IMG/VR virus record: IMGVR_UViG_3300036830_000174
Coordinates: 1-54,122 of that record
Length of the DNA: 54,122 nucleotides
Reading direction: 5' to 3' (one strand)
Source of the DNA: a virus
Lineage: Duplodnaviria; Caudoviricetes
Positions 15,763 through 25,249 of the stretch are shown in pieces. The notes beneath the pieces were generated by a model. It saw nothing but the letters and a program-made list of their open reading frames with translations. It searched no databases and was not told where the DNA came from. Numbering within the stretch: the stretch's first letter is position 1; each line of letters starts with the position of its first letter. The translations under genes were made by a program, and so were the position numbers.

Positions 15763-17948
15763 CCGGCTCGCTGATCTTCGCCTCGCAGGAGCTCGCCGAG
15801 AGCGCGAAGACGGCGGCGCTCTCCGTCACACATGCGCCGATCGGCAAAGGCGGCAAGAATTGGATCACCCGCACGGCCCCCGGCAACACGGGTCAGCTTC
15901 CGGCCTACATTCAGAACGTCCGCAACGGGATCATGCGCGGACCGCCGCCAGTGCCGGAGGGTGAGGCGACCGAGATAGCGATAGGCCGCGTGCGCGACTG
16001 GGCTGCGGGCGGCGGCAACGTCAAACCAGAGGTCCGCGCCGCAGCGCGCAAAGCGATCGCCGAGTATGCGGCGCTGAAAGGGAAGAACGACGCGAGCAAA
16101 GCGGCCGGGGCAGTACGGGAGCACTCAACGGGAGGGTGTACGGTTCCCGACGTGGACCCGGTCACTGAGATGCTGTTCGAGGACGCCGATACGTCCGCTC
16201 TCTCGACGCCGAGCCAGCGCCACCGGGACGGGAAGTTCTCCAACCTGCGCGGCCGCGTCACCGGCAACGGCAAGACCTTCGCGACGATGATGGACGAACT
16301 CAAGGCGCGCGGCCACGTCAAGAACACGCCCGGCAAGGGCGCGCCGGAGGTCACGATCGGCTCGAGTCCGGACAGCGGCGGCGCCAGCGGATGGATGTAC
16401 GGCACCGTGCCCGACACCTTCGCGACGAACGTCGCCTACGGCGGACTGGGCGAGGCTGATCGTCGGTCGGACTCCGAGGCGTTCTCAGGGCGTGAGGTCG
16501 CTGCGATGTACGACAGCGCTCGCGGCAAGGGTATGAACCACACCAACGCGATTACTCACGTCGCAGGACGCAAGCGGGTTGATCCGGCGCGCGTTCGCAG
16601 CGCGGTCTCGCGCTTCTCGAAGAGCAAAGCACGGCTACGCGAGTCGATCGACTGGGACACCGTCATCTCCGAGGGGCATGAGGCGATCGCCTCATGCGAG
16701 CAGGCCGCGCTCGCCGAGGTCGCGCTCGCCGCGGCCGAGCTGGCCGAGGCGCTGCTGCAGGAGCGCGCCGTCCCGCAGTCCAAGCGCGAGGCGCTGCTCG
16801 CCAAGGGGCAGGCGGTCAAGAACGGGGACGGGTCTATCGCCTACCCGATCGAGAACCCGAAGGACCTCGAGAACGCGGCGACTCTCGCGCGCTCCGGCCA
16901 CGGCAACGTGCCGGCTGCAAAGCGGCTCATCGCGAAGATGGCGAAGAAACTCGGCGTCAAGAATCCGTTGCAGGAGGCTGACGCCCCGCGTCTCGTCGCC
17001 GAGCCCGCGATCAAGAAGGGTGACCGCGTGCGCGTGCGCTCGGACGTCCACCTCGCGAGCCTTCACCAGTTGCGCGGCCGCGACGGCAAGGTCGAGGAGG
17101 TGCGCGACATTCCGATGGGCGGCAACGGCGCGGCGATGCGCAAGCTCAGCGTCATGTTCGACAACGAAGACCGCGTCGAGCTCAACGCCGCGCACGTGCA
17201 GCGGATCCCGCGCGCCGATCGCGTGCAGAAAGTCTCCGAGGCCGACGCTCTGCTACAGGAGGCTTCGCTCACCGCCAAATTGAAGCGGCTGCGGCCGGGC
17301 CACGACACGAAGCTCGGCACCTATCGAATCAAGGGCAAGGTCGGCGGCGGCTACAAGCTCAGCCACGAACGCACCGGCGAGAAAGTCGAGGACCTCGGCG
17401 AGCACGGCACCGTCTCATCGGTGACGAAGCGGATCGCCTCGCACCGCAAACTGCACGAGGCGCTCGTCGAACTCGAAACGCTGCTCGAGGGCGACGGCCC
17501 GCGCGACTACGGCGAGGACGCATGGTCTGGCGCGCTCCCCCGCGCGAAGTCGCTCAACCAGGGCGAGACGATGCGCTTCCCGGACGGCACGGCGCTCAAG
17601 CGCCACGCCTCCGCCGACGGCCGCGACCAGTGGAGCGCCGGCACGCCGAGCACGTGGCGCGAGGACGGCGTCTCGTGGAACTCGCCGCACCGTACGCCCG
17701 AGCGCGCCGTGCAGTCGGCGATGGAGGGGAGTGCCGCGTCGTCAGACCCCGAGTCGCTCGGCGGTAGTAGTTCCTACTACCGCGGCATGAGCGTCGATGC
17801 CAAGGGCAACGGCCTGCGCTTCGCTGGCGTCAGCCCGACCACGGGCAACGCGCTTGTCTCCGATCCCAGCACGCCGAGCTATCGCCCCCAGGAGGTCGAG
17901 TGGGCGACGCTCAAGCCGAACTCGGCGACGACGTACCTGCGCCAGTGA
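15759..17948 (+). CDS. Multi-module head-associated polyprotein (DUF6582-like and SH3/KOW-like modules)
   Basis: Basic 60-100 aa modules separated by LxE(A/S) motifs; AYPIENPKDLENA..RLIAKMAKKLG; IKKGDRVRV..GRDGKVEEV. Confidence 0.7.
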   Translation: MTGSLIFASQELAESAKTAALSVTHAPIGKGGKNWITRTAPGNTGQLPAYIQNVRNGIMRGPPPVPEGEATEIAIGRVRDWAAGGGNVKPEVRAAARKAIAEYAALKGKNDASKAAGAVREHSTGGCTVPDVDPVTEMLFEDADTSALSTPSQRHRDGKFSNLRGRVTGNGKTFATMMDELKARGHVKNTPGKGAPEVTIGSSPDSGGASGWMYGTVPDTFATNVAYGGLGEADRRSDSEAFSGREVAAMYDSARGKGMNHTNAITHVAGRKRVDPARVRSAVSRFSKSKARLRESIDWDTVISEGHEAIASCEQAALAEVALAAAELAEALLQERAVPQSKREALLAKGQAVKNGDGSIAYPIENPKDLENAATLARSGHGNVPAAKRLIAKMAKKLGVKNPLQEADAPRLVAEPAIKKGDRVRVRSDVHLASLHQLRGRDGKVEEVRDIPMGGNGAAMRKLSVMFDNEDRVELNAAHVQRIPRADRVQKVSEADALLQEASLTAKLKRLRPGHDTKLGTYRIKGKVGGGYKLSHERTGEKVEDLGEHGTVSSVTKRIASHRKLHEALVELETLLEGDGPRDYGEDAWSGALPRAKSLNQGETMRFPDGTALKRHASADGRDQWSAGTPSTWREDGVSWNSPHRTPERAVQSAMEGSAASSDPESLGGSSSYYRGMSVDAKGNGLRFAGVSPTTGNALVSDPSTPSYRPQEVEWATLKPNSATTYLRQ

Positions 17949-17977
17949 CCGGTTAGTTCCCGGTTGTGTAGGCTCCG

Positions 17978-18352
17978 ATGGCTATGGACATCTACGAGGA
18001 GCACCGCTACTCACCAGGCGAGCGCGCGATACTTCGCGAGCTCCGCCATCTCGGAAGGAGACTGAACGTCGTGACCAGTTCTGTGCAGCAGGCGATCGAA
18101 GCGAAGATCGCCGAGGACGAGCAGGCAGTCGAAGGAGTCGCCACCCGCGTCGCAGCCTCACAGGCGGCGCTCGAACAGGCGATCGAAGCGGCGAAGGACA
18201 GCGGCGTCGAAGCGGCTCCGCTCGAAGCCGCGCTCGAGTCGATCAAGGAGCACGCCGACGCGATCGACGCCGCCAAAGGCGAAGAAGCACCCGCCGAAGG
18301 CGTGAGCGGGAAAGCCGAAGAAATCAAGAACGGGGAAACCCCCGCCTCCTGA
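17978..18352 (+). CDS. Acidic coiled-coil protein (start uncertain; alternative GTG at 18070)
   Basis: TAGGCT at 17969; internal GGAAGGAG RBS. Confidence 0.6.
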   Translation: MAMDIYEEHRYSPGERAILRELRHLGRRLNVVTSSVQQAIEAKIAEDEQAVEGVATRVAASQAALEQAIEAAKDSGVEAAPLEAALESIKEHADAIDAAKGEEAPAEGVSGKAEEIKNGETPAS

Positions 18353-18416
18353 TCTTCGCCGGACGGCCGCTGCGGGCCTGAGCGCCCGCGGCGTGCCGCG
18401 CCGTCCTCTCCCGTGT

Positions 18417-18445
18417 CGGTTTGCACACCGGCACGCGCGTATCCT
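18417..18445 (+). promoter_or_regulatory. Putative late promoter CGGTTT-N17-TATCCT
   Basis: Same spacing at 27632, 41110, 42932. Confidence 0.55.
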
Positions 18446-18453
18446 CCGCTCCC

Positions 18454-19908
18454 GTGAGCGATGAGCACCCCACTGTCGAAGGCGACCTGCTCGAGGCGGA
18501 CGAACTCAGCCAAGCCGGCCCGCTGATCGAGGCGACGGCGCGCGTGATCGTGCCGAAGAAGGGCAAGCTGTTCGAGAGCGACGGCAGCGTCGGGGTTTGC
18601 ATCATCCGGCCGTGCGTCAGCCGTGGCCGTGCGTTGCGTGGGCTGCGCCCGATCTACACGCCAAAGATGCTCGAGCAGAACGCCAGCGTGTTCGGCGGCT
18701 GGCATATGTTCATGGACCATCTCAGCGAGCAGATGGTCGAGGCGGTGCGCAAACGCGAACGCTCGATCCGCGAACTCGGCGGCCGCATCCTCGTCGAGGG
18801 CCTGCACTTCTCGAGCGACTTCCGCAGGAAGGACGACGCCGACTTCGGCTATCACCCCGGCGGCGTGATCGGACGCGCGATCCCCCAGCCGCCGGTGCGC
18901 TCCATGCTCGAGGCCGACCCAGAGATCCTGCACACGTCGATCAACGCGTGGCCGACCGGCGCGCGCGAGGGCCAGATGTGGGGACAGAAGGGGATGCTGG
19001 TCGAGGGCATCCGACGCAAGCCACAGGGCAGCGTGGACTGGGTTCTGCGCGGCGGCGCAGGCGGCCACGTTCTCTCCGAGGACGAAGCCCTTGCGGTTTC
19101 ACTTTTGGAGGCGTACTACGATGCCGCACCAGACGACATGGCTGGCCTTGACGACATCACACTGGAGCAACTCACGGAGGCGGTCAAGGACCGCAACCCA
19201 AAGCTCCACGTCCAGCTCACCGAGGCCATGGGCGGCACGGCGAAGTGCCCCGACTGCGGCAAATCGTTTCCGGCCGACGCGCTCGCCGCGCACATAAAGA
19301 GCGAGCACGGCAAACCGGCCAAGTCCGCCAAGGTCAAGGAGGACGACGTCGAGTACCTCACCGCCGACGACCTCGCCGAGGCGCTGAGCGCGCAGGCCGA
19401 CGAGCTCACCCGCGGCTTCGCCACGAAGCTGAGCGAGCACGACCAGGCCGTCCAGGAGCGCGCCGAGCAGTTGCTCGAGGAACGCGCCGGATACACGCAG
19501 CTCGAGGCCGCGGCCAAGAAGCTGATTGAGAAAGCAGGGCTGCCGCCGACGTGGCAGGAGCAGTTGCTCTCGCGCTACACCGTTCTTCCGTCCGGCCCGA
19601 CATCGGGACTCGCCAACCTCTCCGAGAGCGAGAAGGACGACGGCACGAAGGTCACTCTGCTCGAGGCGCTGCAGGCGTCGATCGAGAAGGACGTCCAGCA
19701 CGCCGCGAAGATGATCCGCGAGGCGGGCGGCACCGCAACGGTGCGCGGCCTCGGCGGTCTCGTCACCGAGTCGGCCAACGACGCCGGCGGCCGACCGGGC
19801 GCGCACACCCCGACGCCGGCCTGGCGCGAGGGGCTTGACCTCAACCTCAAGGAGGGCGAGTCCGCGGACGACGCTCTCGCCGCGATGGTCCGGGAGGGCT
19901 TGGCCTAA
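18454..19908 (+). CDS. Prohead protease-scaffold fusion
   Basis: IIRP..S....Y....L.....F.G..MFMDH...RSIRELGG, HTSINA, SVDWV..GGAGG protease motifs, then acidic coiled coil rich in LxEA. Confidence 0.8.
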   Translation: MSDEHPTVEGDLLEADELSQAGPLIEATARVIVPKKGKLFESDGSVGVCIIRPCVSRGRALRGLRPIYTPKMLEQNASVFGGWHMFMDHLSEQMVEAVRKRERSIRELGGRILVEGLHFSSDFRRKDDADFGYHPGGVIGRAIPQPPVRSMLEADPEILHTSINAWPTGAREGQMWGQKGMLVEGIRRKPQGSVDWVLRGGAGGHVLSEDEALAVSLLEAYYDAAPDDMAGLDDITLEQLTEAVKDRNPKLHVQLTEAMGGTAKCPDCGKSFPADALAAHIKSEHGKPAKSAKVKEDDVEYLTADDLAEALSAQADELTRGFATKLSEHDQAVQERAEQLLEERAGYTQLEAAAKKLIEKAGLPPTWQEQLLSRYTVLPSGPTSGLANLSESEKDDGTKVTLLEALQASIEKDVQHAAKMIREAGGTATVRGLGGLVTESANDAGGRPGAHTPTPAWREGLDLNLKEGESADDALAAMVREGLA

Positions 19909-20657
19909 TGCCTTACGAGGGTCTAGGCGCCCGCCACGAGGCGATCGCGACAAAGGTCTGCCAGCACGGGCAGATCGTCGTCGAGGACAACATCGTCGGC
20001 AGCGCATTCAAGGCGCTGCAGCTGACCCCCTTCGTGGACCCCGTCGCAACGGATGGCGAAGGCCGTCTGCTCTCGCAGCAGGTCGCGGTCGGCGAGTCGT
20101 TCGAGATTCAGATAGGCGGTGTCCACGAGATGCCGCTCGTCGGCGAACTTGAGGGCCTCGAGGTCAGCGACCGCGTCTACATTCGCGCCAGCGACAATCA
20201 CCTGTTCGGCGCGCCGACCACCGGTGGCACAAACGAGGTGCAGACGCTGACCGAGGAAGGCGTGACAGCCGGTCACTTCACGCTGGAATTCGAGGGCGAC
20301 GTGACGGCGAACATCGCCTTCAACGCCACGGCCAAAGAAGTGCTCGAAGCGCTGGAAGGGCTGGCCGACATCGAGGAAGGCGACATCACCGTCACCGGTG
20401 CCGCCGCTGGCCCGTACACCGTCACGTTTAAAGGGCGCTACCAGTCCACGAATGTGCCTGCACTCGTTGCCAACAACACGGGTCTCATCGGCACGAGCCC
20501 GAAAGTGAAAGTCGCGACGTCGAGCGAAGGCGCGGCGGGAGCGGGAAACTTCCCCGTCGGCGTCATCTCCGAAGTTGATGTCTCGCGCGAACCTGCCGTA
20601 GCGCGGATCAACGCGAACAGCTGGCAGTCCTTTCTACAGGCTGGGAGCGTGACCTGA
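19908..20657 (+). CDS. Capsid cement/decoration protein with inserted NEVQ-type domain
   Basis: Position between scaffold and capsid; cement-like halves split by TNEVQTLT..GHFTLEF.G..TANIAFNATA..V..ALE.L. Confidence 0.65.
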   Translation: MPYEGLGARHEAIATKVCQHGQIVVEDNIVGSAFKALQLTPFVDPVATDGEGRLLSQQVAVGESFEIQIGGVHEMPLVGELEGLEVSDRVYIRASDNHLFGAPTTGGTNEVQTLTEEGVTAGHFTLEFEGDVTANIAFNATAKEVLEALEGLADIEEGDITVTGAAAGPYTVTFKGRYQSTNVPALVANNTGLIGTSPKVKVATSSEGAAGAGNFPVGVISEVDVSREPAVARINANSWQSFLQAGSVT

Positions 20658-21769
20658 TGCCCGGATACGGCCGCTGGGGCAAGCACATCGAGCTTTTCAG
20701 CCGATACGAGACCTTCCGCGATGACCCGAAGGTGCAGGAGATGCTGATGCAGGAGGCGTACCAGGGCGGACCCGTTCGCTCCGGCACCGGCGGACCGGAG
20801 GGTCGCGCCGATTTCCCGCTCTACCTGCAGACGGTCATCCGCCACACGATGCGCGAGCGCTTCCAGACGGTCGCCGCGAAGTGGGACTCCTACATGGGGA
20901 TCGAAAATGCCCTGGACTTCCGCGAGCACACGGTCTCGCAGATCAACGGCATTCTCGGCGTCGGCGACGTACAAGAGGACGGCGAGTACCCGAAGATGCG
21001 CACGTCGGAGACCCCTGGGCCCTCGTTTGCCGTCGGCAAGCACGGCGGCACCTACGACGTAACGATGGAGCTGGTCATCAACGACCAGGTCGACTACATC
21101 TTGAATCGCACGCCGCGCGAGCTCGGCCGCACGATGGCGGAGTACATCTCCCGCGTGATCGTCGCGTTCATCGAGAGCGACCCGACGTACACGCCCGACG
21201 GCGAACCATACTTCTCCAACGCCCACGAAAACAACGTGGTCGGCGAATCGGCCGAGGCCAACGAGGCCAACCTGCTCGCCGCGCTGGACATCATGCAGCT
21301 GCGCCGCGCCGCGGACAGCCACACGCCGTTCACGGTGCAGCCGAGCAAGATCCTCGTGCGCGCTCCGAGCCACAAGGCGCGGTTCGACGCGATCATCCGC
21401 TCGCAGTTGACGGGCGTCCGCCAGGACGCGCCGAGCAACCCCGGCTTCGGCGTCTTCTTTGCGGGCAACTACAACCCCGCCTTCAACGTCCTGCCTCCCG
21501 ACGCCGTCGTCCAGGAGCCGTGGCTGAACACGCCGCAGGACTGGTACATCTTCGGCGACGCGGCCGACCGCGCCCCCTTCGTGATCGCGTTCCTGCAGGG
21601 CAATCAGACGCCCTTTATCGGGCTGAAGGACCCGCAGGTCCGAGACGCGTTCTCGAACACGAGCGACCCGTACTCGTGGTGGTTCGACCAGATCGCATTC
21701 AAGCTGCGGCACTTCTTCGGCGTCGCCGCCGGCGAGCCGATGGCCGCGATGCGGATGGTCCCCGCCTGA
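20657..21769 (+). CDS. Major capsid protein (Mu gpT-like)
   Basis: DFP.YL, DFRE, V.EDGEY, KHGG.YDVT.ELVIND, P.ELGR motifs. Confidence 0.85.
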   Translation: MPGYGRWGKHIELFSRYETFRDDPKVQEMLMQEAYQGGPVRSGTGGPEGRADFPLYLQTVIRHTMRERFQTVAAKWDSYMGIENALDFREHTVSQINGILGVGDVQEDGEYPKMRTSETPGPSFAVGKHGGTYDVTMELVINDQVDYILNRTPRELGRTMAEYISRVIVAFIESDPTYTPDGEPYFSNAHENNVVGESAEANEANLLAALDIMQLRRAADSHTPFTVQPSKILVRAPSHKARFDAIIRSQLTGVRQDAPSNPGFGVFFAGNYNPAFNVLPPDAVVQEPWLNTPQDWYIFGDAADRAPFVIAFLQGNQTPFIGLKDPQVRDAFSNTSDPYSWWFDQIAFKLRHFFGVAAGEPMAAMRMVPA

Positions 21770-22593
21770 TGCCTAGGGGCGAGCACACCGCCACAGGCCC
21801 GACGTTCAGCGTCGGCCCGATGGACGTGGACAGTGCGGCGGGGCTGACCGGACGTCTCGGCACGCACAACAAGGCGGGCGCGCTGCTGCGCCGTCACGCC
21901 GCGTCCTTCCCGCGCGCGCTCATGCGCATCCTCGAGCTGCCGAAGGACGACGTCGGCTCGCGCGCGGTCAAGCGCTGCCTGGACTCCGTCAAGGAGGCCG
22001 CCATCTCGGCGAAGGGTCGCCACCAGTTCCTGCGCGAGGACGACGAGGTCCTTGCCGCGAGCGTGCGCGAGGATCCCGCCAGCGGCGAGCGCTTCGTTGC
22101 GCTCATCTACCGCAAGCCTTCCGGGCGTATCGCGCGAGGCGCGATCGACGCCGACAGCGTGCTCGGCCTCGACGAGGCAATCGCCGACCAGAAGGCCGAA
22201 GACGCAGTCGAGCGCGGCGGGCTGCACCTGGCCGCTGGCTTCGGCGAGGCACCCGTGCCACGATCCTTCGACGACGCCGCCGAGCTCGACGACGCACGCG
22301 AGGAGGCCGCGCGCCTGCGCCGCGACTCCGAGGAGCGCGAACGCAAGCACGCGAACACGATGCGCGAGCTCAGCGAGCGCCTCGCCGCGCTCGAGGATGC
22401 GCCGCCCTTCGAGGGCTACGGCGACACGAACGCCAAGGACCTCGCTACACAGATCAAGTCGGAGGGCCTCTCGCTGTACGGTCGCGTCGGTCTCGAACGG
22501 ATCGTCTCCTACGAGGAGGCACACCAGAACCGCTCGACGGTCGTCGACGCCGCGAAGGACGTGCTGGCGGCGGCTGAGGCCGCAGCGACCTAG
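21769..22593 (+). CDS. Hypothetical protein with C-terminal PF.GY...YEEAHQNRSTV small helical domain
   Basis: TGATG overlap after capsid gene. Confidence 0.7.
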   Translation: MPRGEHTATGPTFSVGPMDVDSAAGLTGRLGTHNKAGALLRRHAASFPRALMRILELPKDDVGSRAVKRCLDSVKEAAISAKGRHQFLREDDEVLAASVREDPASGERFVALIYRKPSGRIARGAIDADSVLGLDEAIADQKAEDAVERGGLHLAAGFGEAPVPRSFDDAAELDDAREEAARLRRDSEERERKHANTMRELSERLAALEDAPPFEGYGDTNAKDLATQIKSEGLSLYGRVGLERIVSYEEAHQNRSTVVDAAKDVLAAAEAAAT

Positions 22594-22607
22594 GCCGAGG
22601 CGTCCCG

Positions 22608-23681
22608 ATGGACGCCGTCGCGAACTTCTCCTACACGACGGTCACGGTTGCGCCTTCGCCGGCGGCATCTGGGACATCGCTCACCGTCGGCGATCCCGAA
22701 GTTCTGCCGGTACCGCCCTTCAACGCCGTGGTCTGGCCGGCTGGCGCGCCGATTCCGCTGGCTACGCAGGCCGAGGTCGTGCGCGTGACGGCCGATGCCT
22801 CCGGCGTACTGACGATCGTGCGCGACGCCGAGACGGGCGGGATCACTCGCTCGATCCGCGTCGGCGATCAATTCATGGCTGCGATCACCGCAGGGCTACT
22901 CGAACAGATCGGCTCAGGGGGCGGCGGTGGCGCACTGCTCAAAGCGAGCAACCTGTCGGACCTGGCAAGCGCATCGACAGCGCGTACTAACCTCGGTCTC
23001 GGCACCGCTGCCACGCAACCTAGCTCGGCTTTCGATGCTGCCGGTGCTGCCGCAGCCGCAGCGGCAGCCGCCTTGGCAGCCGCAGAAACAGTAGCCAACG
23101 GCAAGCTCGCCAAAAGCGCGAATCTCAGCGATCTAGCGAGCGCAAGCACGGCTCGAACGAACCTCGGCCTTGGGACCGCAGCTACTCAGGCTGCGAGCGC
23201 CTTTGACAGTGCCGGTGCTGCTGCTGCGGCAGAATCGGCTGCTACCTCGGCGCTGGCCGCAAAGGCTCCCCTAGCCTCTCCAGCCCTCACCGGCTCCCCA
23301 ACGGCGCCGACCCAAACCGCTGGCGACAACTCGACAAAGCTCGCAACGACGGCGTTTGTGGCGAAGGCGATCGAAGCCGTAGTCGCAGCGAATACGCAGA
23401 CGGCCGCATATACGCTCGTGATCGGCGACCTCGGGAAGGTCGTAGAGCTGAACTCAGCCTCGACGGCAGCGGTTACGGTTCCTCCACACTCGAGCGTGGC
23501 GTTTCCTGTCGGGGCGATAATCCCTCTCGCTCAAATCGGAGCCGGCAAACTCGAAGTAAAAGCTGGCGCAGGAGTGACGATCCATAGTTCTAGCTCGCTT
23601 AAGACACGCGCTCAATGGTCCGAAGTAACGCTCCGTCAGCGCGCCGAAAACGAATGGGTGCTTTCCGGGGATCTTGAATGA
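22608..23681 (+). CDS. Fibre-like virion protein
   Basis: Two NLSDLASASTARTNLGLGTAATQ repeats and KAPLASPALTGSPTAPT..DNST.LATTAFV fibre repeat. Confidence 0.8.
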   Translation: MDAVANFSYTTVTVAPSPAASGTSLTVGDPEVLPVPPFNAVVWPAGAPIPLATQAEVVRVTADASGVLTIVRDAETGGITRSIRVGDQFMAAITAGLLEQIGSGGGGGALLKASNLSDLASASTARTNLGLGTAATQPSSAFDAAGAAAAAAAAALAAAETVANGKLAKSANLSDLASASTARTNLGLGTAATQAASAFDSAGAAAAAESAATSALAAKAPLASPALTGSPTAPTQTAGDNSTKLATTAFVAKAIEAVVAANTQTAAYTLVIGDLGKVVELNSASTAAVTVPPHSSVAFPVGAIIPLAQIGAGKLEVKAGAGVTIHSSSSLKTRAQWSEVTLRQRAENEWVLSGDLE

Positions 23682-25204
23682 GCGTTCTTCTCCTCGCACG
23701 TCCGCGGGGAAGGCGGCGAGGGGCCGGCCCGTCTACGCCGGTGCTCGATACGTTCACCCGTACAGAATCGCCGCTGAGCAACAGCGCGAACTGGGTTGGC
23801 TTCCGCCATGAAGGTGCCACGCCGGCGACGGGCGCAACGAATGGGTCGGTGCTTCAGCTAGCTGCAGCGAACCCGTCTATCCGAGGAGCCCTCTGGCACA
23901 CGGTTTTCGCGGCTGCGCAACAGGACGTCTTCTGCGACATCTCGGCGATTGGCTCGAACTGGCTCGAACTCTGGCTCGCGGAGGAATCCGAAACGGCTGG
24001 CTACTCGATCGAAGTCGTGCCGGAAACCGCACCCAAATGCAAATACGTGCTGCTCAAGAATCACACCACCACCCTCGCCACCGTAACGGGCGAACTCGAA
24101 GTAGGCGACTCTCTCTGGCTCAACTACGTGGAAGCGACGGGCATCCTGACGGTATGGCGCAAGCACGCAGGCGTGTGGGCGAAGGTCACTGAATTCACCG
24201 ACACAACTCCTCTGAAACACGGTGGACGCATCGGGTTCGCGGCTCGATGCAACACGGCCGAATGGCAGCTCGACAACTTCGGCGGCGGTGGCGAAGCCGT
24301 AGTGGAAAGCGTCGCAAAGGGCTTCTCAACGAACTCAGACTTTGAATCAGCAGCATCCGCTGCCGCCTACGCGCTAGCCAGCCCAACCTATTGCCGCGTT
24401 GGGTTCGCCATCGGCGCGAGTGCCGCAGAAGTCGCGGCCGCTACGACGTTCTTCAACAACAAAGGCATCAGTTGCATCCCGATGGCAGGGGCTTCGGGAC
24501 GAATTGCAACATCGGCCGAGGCCAAAGCGCTGAAAGCATGGGCCGAAGCGATCGTGACAAAAGGTGGTCAGTTCATCGAGTTCGAGAACGAGACGAACTA
24601 CCAGATCGAAAACACGAAGGCCAACGGCAAGATTTACGGCGAACGTGCCAAAGAAGTTGGCGAAGCGATCAACGGGACCGGAGTCAAGGTACTCGTACAG
24701 GGCTCCGACGCCGGTAAAGGCGGAGCGCAGGTCTGGCTTGAAGGCGTGCTCGAAGGTTGGCCGAAATGCTGGGAACACCCGGCGTTCGGCGGCTGGACGA
24801 TTCATCCCTACCCGGGCCAGAAGAAATCCGGGCTGACCGACGAATTCGGCCTGCTCATGACCAAACGGATGATGACGGCACTGGAAGAAGCGGGCGACAC
24901 GACTTCGCATATCTGCGCAACAGAGTGGGGCGAGACGTGTACGGCCAACGGCCGCAAACTGAACTCCGAACAGGAATTCAACTACGAACAGGCCGCCAAA
25001 GTGCTCGAAGAACATCATGTACTTCTGGCGAGTGCCGCGAAAGGCCGATTGTTCATGCTGCTGCTCTTCCAGCCGCACGATCAGAAAGAAGACAACGGCA
25101 CGAGCGAAGAACGCGAATGGTTCTTCGGTGCTATGACGAACACCGGCGCGACCAAGGGCTCGTTCACGACGTTCGTTCAGAAGTGGCTGAAAGGCGAAGC
25201 GTGA
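23678..25204 (+). CDS. Lectin-like domain + clan GH-A glycoside hydrolase (virion-associated)
   Basis: IEFENE (acid/base), TIHPY, ICATEWG (nucleophile); N-terminal DTFTR...DNFGGG beta-sandwich. Confidence 0.7.
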   Translation: MSVLLLARPRGRRRGAGPSTPVLDTFTRTESPLSNSANWVGFRHEGATPATGATNGSVLQLAAANPSIRGALWHTVFAAAQQDVFCDISAIGSNWLELWLAEESETAGYSIEVVPETAPKCKYVLLKNHTTTLATVTGELEVGDSLWLNYVEATGILTVWRKHAGVWAKVTEFTDTTPLKHGGRIGFAARCNTAEWQLDNFGGGGEAVVESVAKGFSTNSDFESAASAAAYALASPTYCRVGFAIGASAAEVAAATTFFNNKGISCIPMAGASGRIATSAEAKALKAWAEAIVTKGGQFIEFENETNYQIENTKANGKIYGERAKEVGEAINGTGVKVLVQGSDAGKGGAQVWLEGVLEGWPKCWEHPAFGGWTIHPYPGQKKSGLTDEFGLLMTKRMMTALEEAGDTTSHICATEWGETCTANGRKLNSEQEFNYEQAAKVLEEHHVLLASAAKGRLFMLLLFQPHDQKEDNGTSEEREWFFGAMTNTGATKGSFTTFVQKWLKGEA

Positions 25205-25249
25205 GTCGCCTAGGCGACAACCGCCTCGGAGCCTAGACTCGGAAAGCCC

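Noticed and set aside
22936-23240. Tandem repeat as a DGR template/variable repeat
   Set aside because: In-frame fibre protein repeat with mainly synonymous differences; no reverse transcriptase in the window
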